From: Patescibacteria group bacterium
Lineage (GTDB): Bacteria > Patescibacteriota > Patescibacteriia > JAHJFT01
Length of the DNA stretch: 64,000 nt
Assembly: GCA_028710985.1 (NCBI GenBank)
Contig: JAQTTB010000001.1
Coordinates: forward strand, 167,397-231,396
Direction: 5' to 3'
The translations under genes and the position numbers were made by a program. Position 1 is the first letter of the stretch; each line of letters begins with the position of its first letter. The notes under the pieces were generated by a model. It was not told the DNA's origin. It saw only the letters and a list, made by a program, of their open reading frames with translations, and ran no database searches. Positions 58,628 to 64,000 of the stretch are shown here, in pieces.

Positions 58628-60382
58628 ATGCCGAATATCACCAACAAACAAATCGCCGATATATTTATAGAAATTTCCGAACGCCTTACCATGGAAGACG
58701 TGCCTTTTAAGCCGCGCGCTTATGAAAATGCCGCGCAGGTAATTGATTCTTTGAGCGATGAAGTCGCCGATATATATAAGAAAGGCGGCGAAAAAGCGCT
58801 CGATGCCATTCCTGGCGTCGGCGCCGGCATGACTCTGCGAATCGTTGAACTGCTGAAAACCGGCCGTCTGAAATATCTTGCTGATCTTCGGCGCAAATTC
58901 CCGGTTGATGTCGTGGCACTCACCGCGATCGAAGGCGTGGGTCCGAAAATCATCAAAACTCTTTATCAAAAACTAAAAATCAGGAACCTCGATGGCCTTG
59001 AGCGCGCCGCGCGGGCGCACCGCATCGCGAAAATACCGGGCTTCGGCGAAAAAACCGAACAGAATATCTTAGCTGGCCTGGAATTTCTGAAAAAAAGCCG
59101 CGGCCGCGTCGTGCTCGGCCACTACCTAGCGCTCGCGGAAAAAATCAAGCGCGAGATGCTCCAGGTGCCCGGAGTCACGCATTTTGAACTTGCCGGCTCA
59201 ATCCGCCGCCGCAAGGATACTATCAAGGATTTTGACATGGTCGCCGTGACCGAAAATCCAAAAAAACTTCTTAATAAATTCATCCATCTGCCCGATGTCG
59301 CGCGCGTGCTTGAGCTCGGAAAAAACCGCGCTTTTGTCCGGCTCAAACAAAAAATTGACGCCGATCTGCTCGTCGTGCCGCGCCAGTCCTGGGGCGCCGC
59401 ACTTCTCCATTTCACGGGCAGTAAATACCATAATGTGCATCTCCGGCGCATGGCGGTTGAACATGGCTGGACAATGAATGAATACGGCATCTTCAAGGGT
59501 AAAAAAAATCTCGCCTCCCGCACCGAGGAGGAAGTCTACAAAAAATTCGGCCTGGAATGGATTCCGCCCGAACTTCGCGAAGACTTGGGCGAGATTGAAG
59601 CCGCCCGCACCCACCGTCTCCCCCGCCTCCTGCCATATGGCGCGGTGCGCGGGGATCTCCAGACCCAGACCGACTGGACCGATGGTGTAAACTCGATTGA
59701 GGAAATCTCATTAGCCGCCAAACGCCTGGGACGCGAGTACATCGCCGTCACCGACCACACCAAAACACTCGCCATGACCGGCGGGCTTAATGAACGCGGG
59801 CTCGCGCGGCAGGCGCGCGAAATCGACCGGCTCAACAAAAAAATAAAAAACTTCCGCATCTTGAAATCCGCGGAAATTAATATCTTAAAAGACGGCAGGC
59901 TGGATATCAGCGACGAGGCTCTAAAAAAACTTGATATCGTTTCCGTGGCCGTGCACTCCGGATTTAGCTCAAACGAAAAAGAAATGACCGAACGCATCGT
60001 CGCCGCCATGCAGAATCCTTATGTTAATATTTTCTTTCATCCGACCGGCCGCATCATCGGCCGCCGGCCCGAATATGCCGTGAATATTGATGAAATTATC
60101 AAAGCCGCGAAAAAATACAACATTGCCCTGGAGATCGATGCCTATCCCGACCGCATGGATCTTAAAGATATTTATGTGAAAGCGGCCGTTGAAGCCGGCG
60201 TAAAACTTGTGATTGATACCGACGCGCATCAAACCGACCACTTAAAATACATCGCCCTCGGCGAAGCCACCGCCCGCCGCGGCTGGGCCAAATCAAGCGA
60301 CGTTCTAAACACCATGACCGCCGCGAAATTGATTGAATACTTTAAAAAGGCAAGGATTGACAGATTAAGAAAAAACCGCTAG
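58628..60382 (+). CDS. polX: DNA polymerase X / PHP 3'-5' exonuclease
   Basis: HhH motifs (IPGVG, IEGVGPK), AGSIRR..TIKDFD, FTGSK.HN, PHP domain (TDHT, HPTGR, TDAH). Confidence 0.95.
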   Translation: MPNITNKQIADIFIEISERLTMEDVPFKPRAYENAAQVIDSLSDEVADIYKKGGEKALDAIPGVGAGMTLRIVELLKTGRLKYLADLRRKFPVDVVALTAIEGVGPKIIKTLYQKLKIRNLDGLERAARAHRIAKIPGFGEKTEQNILAGLEFLKKSRGRVVLGHYLALAEKIKREMLQVPGVTHFELAGSIRRRKDTIKDFDMVAVTENPKKLLNKFIHLPDVARVLELGKNRAFVRLKQKIDADLLVVPRQSWGAALLHFTGSKYHNVHLRRMAVEHGWTMNEYGIFKGKKNLASRTEEEVYKKFGLEWIPPELREDLGEIEAARTHRLPRLLPYGAVRGDLQTQTDWTDGVNSIEEISLAAKRLGREYIAVTDHTKTLAMTGGLNERGLARQAREIDRLNKKIKNFRILKSAEINILKDGRLDISDEALKKLDIVSVAVHSGFSSNEKEMTERIVAAMQNPYVNIFFHPTGRIIGRRPEYAVNIDEIIKAAKKYNIALEIDAYPDRMDLKDIYVKAAVEAGVKLVIDTDAHQTDHLKYIALGEATARRGWAKSSDVLNTMTAAKLIEYFKKARIDRLRKNR

Positions 60383-60408
60383 ACTTCAATGAAGTTAATT
60401 GTCATTTT

Positions 60409-60494
60409 GCCCGGGTGGTGAAACGGTAGACACGGCGGACTTAAAATCCGCTGGAAGAAATTCCATGAGGGTTCGACTCCCTCCCCGGGCACCA
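60409..60494 (+). tRNA. tRNA-Leu(TAA)
   Basis: gcccgggtggtgaaacggtagacacg-gcgga-ctTAAaa-tccgc, variable arm, ...cccgggcACCA. Confidence 0.95.
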
Positions 60495-60516
60495 GTAAAT
60501 AAATAATCATGAAACT

Positions 60517-61155
60517 ATGAAAAATAAAATCGTAATTCTCATTTTAATCATCATCGTTATCACCATAGCAATAATAATTGGTTTTTATTTTGTTCAAAAA
60601 AATAAATCATCAATCAACTCTATCGAAAATACTGTGCCATCAAGTCAATCTGAAGTAAACAATCAAGCGAATCCCGAACAGCAACAAAATAAATTGGTAA
60701 CTGATGACTTTGAAATCAACCTCCCTACGGGCTGGCGGCAAACTGCTCCTGCGATTGGGGCTTCGGCAATGGCCGTTAATGCCGACGAGCAACTCAACGA
60801 TCCTGCGGCTCAGAAGATTAATTTTAGAAGTTATTTTGCCGTAAGTTATGATACGTTGCAGGGAAAAAATTTAAACGAATATTTGCAAAACGTCGAAAGT
60901 CAGCTGCGGCAAACCATTTCCAATGCTGTTTTTGCTCAAGAGCATGATACGACGATAAATGGAAAAGCGGCTCGGGCGGTTGAGGTGAACCTGACTCAGC
61001 AGGGAGTGGATTTTAAAATTTTAATGGTAGCAATTAAAGGCGTCGGTGATGATGTTTGGGTAATATCCTTCAATACTCTCCAGGGCAGTTGGGCAGAGTA
61101 TCAGGAAACATTCTCCGATATTGCTAGCAGTTTTAATTTGAAAAAATTAGATTGA
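60517..61155 (+). CDS. Membrane-anchored PsbP/DcrB-like protein
   Basis: N-terminal TM, FEINLPTGW, TTINGKAA, F..IASSF. Confidence 0.65.
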   Translation: MKNKIVILILIIIVITIAIIIGFYFVQKNKSSINSIENTVPSSQSEVNNQANPEQQQNKLVTDDFEINLPTGWRQTAPAIGASAMAVNADEQLNDPAAQKINFRSYFAVSYDTLQGKNLNEYLQNVESQLRQTISNAVFAQEHDTTINGKAARAVEVNLTQQGVDFKILMVAIKGVGDDVWVISFNTLQGSWAEYQETFSDIASSFNLKKLD

Positions 61156-61484
61156 AGATTAAAGAAGCACAGGACCTCGTTCCTGGGAAGTACTACCGCT
61201 TCGATCCTCCAGTCAAGGCGACGGCGTTTCCCACTGGCGGTCCCAACACCTGTGCGCTGGAGGAGTGCGAGTTCAACCGCGGCTGGTACGTGGGCCTGAA
61301 GGACGGAAATCACCTTTTCCAGGGCAAGCCGGTGAACGATCAGCGCGTCATCCCGACGCCACAAGGCTACGGAGACGCACCCGACCTGGACGAAATCTTG
61401 GAGAAACTCCGGGGCAGCTACTTCCACGTTCTGTTCATCGGCGGAAGCCGGGCGACGCTCGACTCCGACCAGAGTCATCATTGA
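61152..61484 (+). CDS. Hypothetical protein
   Basis: 110-aa GC-rich ORF; start uncertain; followed by hairpin/U-run. Confidence 0.45.
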   Translation: MKIKEAQDLVPGKYYRFDPPVKATAFPTGGPNTCALEECEFNRGWYVGLKDGNHLFQGKPVNDQRVIPTPQGYGDAPDLDEILEKLRGSYFHVLFIGGSRATLDSDQSHH

Positions 61485-61603
61485 CTCACAATCTCGTCAA
61501 TACGAACATGACACTAATGGCCCCATAGAATCCAATTCTACCCGGGGCTCTTTTTTTAAAAAATAACAAAAAAAACCCCAAACATATTTTGGGATTTTTT
61601 ATA

Positions 61604-61675
61604 TGCGCCCGAGAGGAATCGAACCTCTATCATCAGCTCCGGAAGCTGACATTCTATCCGTTGAACTACGGGCGC
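61604..61675 (-). tRNA. tRNA-Arg(CCG)
   Basis: gcgcccgtagttcaacggatagaatg-tcagc-ttCCGga-gctga-tgatagaggttcgattcctctcgggcgca. Confidence 0.95.
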
Positions 61676-61681
61676 GTAAAT

Positions 61682-62659
61682 CTATTTTCCTGTTTTCAAT
61701 TTATACAAAAAATACCAAAATTTATCAAGCGGCAGATCGAACGTACCGCTGTATGAAACTTCAACTCCGCCAAAACCTTTTTTAAATCTCGTAATCCCGG
61801 CCCAGGGATGATTTGCCGGCGCCCCCTCTGGCGCGATTCCCCAAAAATCATAATATCTATATCCGTCCGCTTTTGCCCGCTTTATCATTTCCCAGTGCAG
61901 AAGATACGGCGCCATTGTGTTGCGGTCCTCGCTCGATGACGCGCCGTGCAGATAGGTTGTGATTTCGCCTGAACGAATCATGAAATTCGCCGCGAGTATC
62001 TTGCCCCCAAGTTCGGCAAAATAAACATCGCACATTTCCTCGCCAAGAATCTCTAGCATTTTTTTATAATAATCTTTGAGATGCGTGCGGAACTCGTCGC
62101 GCTCCGCCGTCGCGGCTATGAGCTCCCAAAATTTTTCAAACTCATCCTCCCTCATCGCCCGCACCGCAACGCCGTGCTTTTCCGCGACCCGGATATTATA
62201 ACGGGTCTTCTGATGCATGGCCGCTAAGATCTCGTCTTCGGATTTTTCAAGATCCAGCATTGTGGTATGGCTCGGCTGGACATCGCGCGATCTCCGGAGC
62301 GCCAGTCCGGGATAAGCATAGTCCGGGGTTTCAAACCGCGCGAAAATCGCGCCCGGCGCGAACCCGCGAATTTTTTTAATTAATTCCGCAATGATTTCCG
62401 GCGCGTGATTGCGGCCGGCCGGCGTAAGAAGCGGCCCGCGCGGAAAATATACATAACACTTGCCAAACGGCAATGCGTGCCGCACCGCCTGTCCGAGGGC
62501 GAGCGTCTCACCTCCGCGCGAAATTTTAACACGCCAAACCCCGCGGCCGAGTGCCCTCTGAAATTCGCCCCACTGCCAGATTTGCAAAAATTGGCTGGGT
62601 TTAATCTCCCCAACCAATCCGTCCCATGTTTCTTTTTTTTCAATAAACTCAATTTCCAT
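61682..62659 (-). CDS. FemABX-family peptidoglycan bridge peptidyltransferase
   Basis: FLQ.WQWGEF, YFPRGP, KTRYNIRVAEK, YLHGASS, YDFWGI, FKKGFGG. Confidence 0.92.
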   Translation of the reverse strand: MEIEFIEKKETWDGLVGEIKPSQFLQIWQWGEFQRALGRGVWRVKISRGGETLALGQAVRHALPFGKCYVYFPRGPLLTPAGRNHAPEIIAELIKKIRGFAPGAIFARFETPDYAYPGLALRRSRDVQPSHTTMLDLEKSEDEILAAMHQKTRYNIRVAEKHGVAVRAMREDEFEKFWELIAATAERDEFRTHLKDYYKKMLEILGEEMCDVYFAELGGKILAANFMIRSGEITTYLHGASSSEDRNTMAPYLLHWEMIKRAKADGYRYYDFWGIAPEGAPANHPWAGITRFKKGFGGVEVSYSGTFDLPLDKFWYFLYKLKTGK

Positions 62660-62660
62660 T

Positions 62661-63215
62661 CTATTTGCTTAAATAACGGAGCGCCTCGCGCACCTTGTCG
62701 CCCGTGTCCGTCACTTCCTCGGAAATTTTGCGCACCGCGTCGCGCGCCTGCGCGCTCGTGTACCCAAGATTCTTAAGCGCCTGAACCACTTCATGCTCCT
62801 CCTCGCCCTCGGCCGAAAGATCCAACTTGCCCTTAAGCTCAATGATAATTTTTTGCGCCGTCTTTTTTCCCACGCCCGAAACCTGGCTCACGTAATCAAC
62901 GTTGCCCTTTTCAATATTTTTGACAAGATCCGTGAGGCTCCCGAGCGCGAGCACGTTCATTGCCATTTTGGGGCCCACGCCGGAAATATCCAAAAGCTTC
63001 CAAAAAAATTCCAGTTCCCCACGCGTCGCGAATCCGTAAAGTTCACGGCTGTTCTCGCGCAGATATTCATGCGTGAAAAAAGTCTTTTTTTCGCCTTCGG
63101 CAATCAGGGCCGCGTATTTCACCGGTAAAAAAATCTGATACCCGATTCCCGCGTTTTCCAAAATCACATAATTCGCGCCTTTCGCTTTAATTATGCCGTC
63201 AACATACGTAATCAT
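62661..63215 (-). CDS. ruvA: Holliday junction DNA-binding protein RuvA
   Basis: MITYVDG, RE...LYGF, ISGVGPKMA, GVGKKTAQKIIIELKGK, ALKNLGY. Confidence 0.96.
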   Translation of the reverse strand: MITYVDGIIKAKGANYVILENAGIGYQIFLPVKYAALIAEGEKKTFFTHEYLRENSRELYGFATRGELEFFWKLLDISGVGPKMAMNVLALGSLTDLVKNIEKGNVDYVSQVSGVGKKTAQKIIIELKGKLDLSAEGEEEHEVVQALKNLGYTSAQARDAVRKISEEVTDTGDKVREALRYLSK

Positions 63216-63258
63216 ACGCGTTCATCTTATCAAAAAACGTCATCAAAATCAAATTGAA

Positions 63259-63290
63259 GTGTAGGGTTCGCATAAATGCGAACCCTACAC
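63259..63290. repeat. GTAG-type REP palindrome
   Basis: gtgtagggttcgcataaatgcgaaccctacac. Confidence 0.75.
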
Positions 63291-63340
63291 GATAAATAAA
63301 AAAATTCCCGCTCGAGACAGATGTCTCAAGCGGGAAAAGG

Positions 63341-64000
63341 TCACTTTCCGACGAGCGCGTTGCACTTCTTGAGTGCTTCCTGCGCTTCGGAAAAGTCGGG
63401 ATTGTCGCCCGCGAGCTTGCGGAGCGACGGCAGTGCTTTGCGGCAACCGGCCGTGCCATGCGCGAGCTGCGGCTTAATGCCGTTCCACACTACCTTATCG
63501 AGCGGCGAGAGGCTGGTCTTTACTGCCGGGATTGGAACCGGCGCCGTCTCCTCCGAAGCCGCCTCGACCGATGGCGCAGGCGGTGGCGCTTCCTCAGACG
63601 CGATCTTGGGCAGCGGCGCCTCCACGGTTGGCGATTTCGGATTCATGGACTCGCTGCTCATGCTGCGAACGAAAAGTATCATGGCACCAGCGAGCACGAT
63701 CATGGCCACGAATCCGATCATCGCGTACCACAGACCCTTGGTTCGTTCCGGCTTCATCGCTCTCACGCTGCCGCCTTCGGTGATGATGAGCTTGGGCGCC
63801 GGCACCGGCGGCTCCGGAACGGAGAACACTCCTGTCGGCGGTTCGGGCAATGGCATCATGCCCGAAGGCCTGGTCTTCTCCATGTGCAGCCCCTCCTCGG
63901 CCGGCAAAATCTTGTCCCCATTCCGAAGCTTGATCTTCGGCGGAATCGTGGTGCGCGGCGCATGCTCCTGCTCTCCGAAGATTGCCAGACGCAGCGCGCG
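63341..64000 (-). CDS. Pro-rich single-TM hypothetical protein (N-terminus probably beyond window end)
   Basis: ORF 63341-63907 with central TM and Pro/Ala-rich linkers; frame appears to continue upstream. Confidence 0.5.
   Translation of the reverse strand, partial: RALRLAIFGEQEHAPRTTIPPKIKLRNGDKILPAEEGLHMEKTRPSGMMPLPEPPTGVFSVPEPPVPAPKLIITEGGSVRAMKPERTKGLWYAMIGFVAMIVLAGAMILFVRSMSSESMNPKSPTVEAPLPKIASEEAPPPAPSVEAASEETAPVPIPAVKTSLSPLDKVVWNGIKPQLAHGTAGCRKALPSLRKLAGDNPDFSEAQEALKKCNALVGK

Overview
A 64-kb chromosomal segment of a small-genome bacterium, most likely Patescibacteria/CPR (Parcubacteria-like; inferred from split comEC, split transketolase, short ProRS, unlinked 23S-5S, and CPR-type surface proteins; standard code with TGA as stop). 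It carries core genes (rpsG partial, rpsL, rpmB, leuS, proS, infB, truB, rny, hup, ndk, trxA/trxB, ruvA, ruvB, polX, carbon-metabolism cluster), eight intact tRNAs, and a 23S-5S unit without 16S. The 23S has a group I intron encoding a LAGLIDADG endonuclease. Two REP-associated Y1 transposases and several families of short palindromic repeats are present. The most striking signal is that structured-RNA genes have been invaded by these palindromes and an intact copy sits next to or inside the damaged one. An intact tRNA-Ala(UGC), flanked by a perfect 15-bp inverted repeat, is nested in the anticodon loop of an older palindrome-riddled tRNA-Ala. A palindrome-disrupted 5S fragment precedes the intact 5S, and a similar remnant precedes tRNA-Pro. 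Other leads are a 6S-RNA-like hairpin upstream of rny, an unassigned ~150-nt ncRNA candidate, a probable orphan DGR target gene, in-frame repeat insertions in LeuS and a DUF3160 protein, two tiny Lys-rich peptides, an AT-rich C39/radical-SAM/SDR islet and a GmrSD-type defence gene. All calls were made by eye without database searches.
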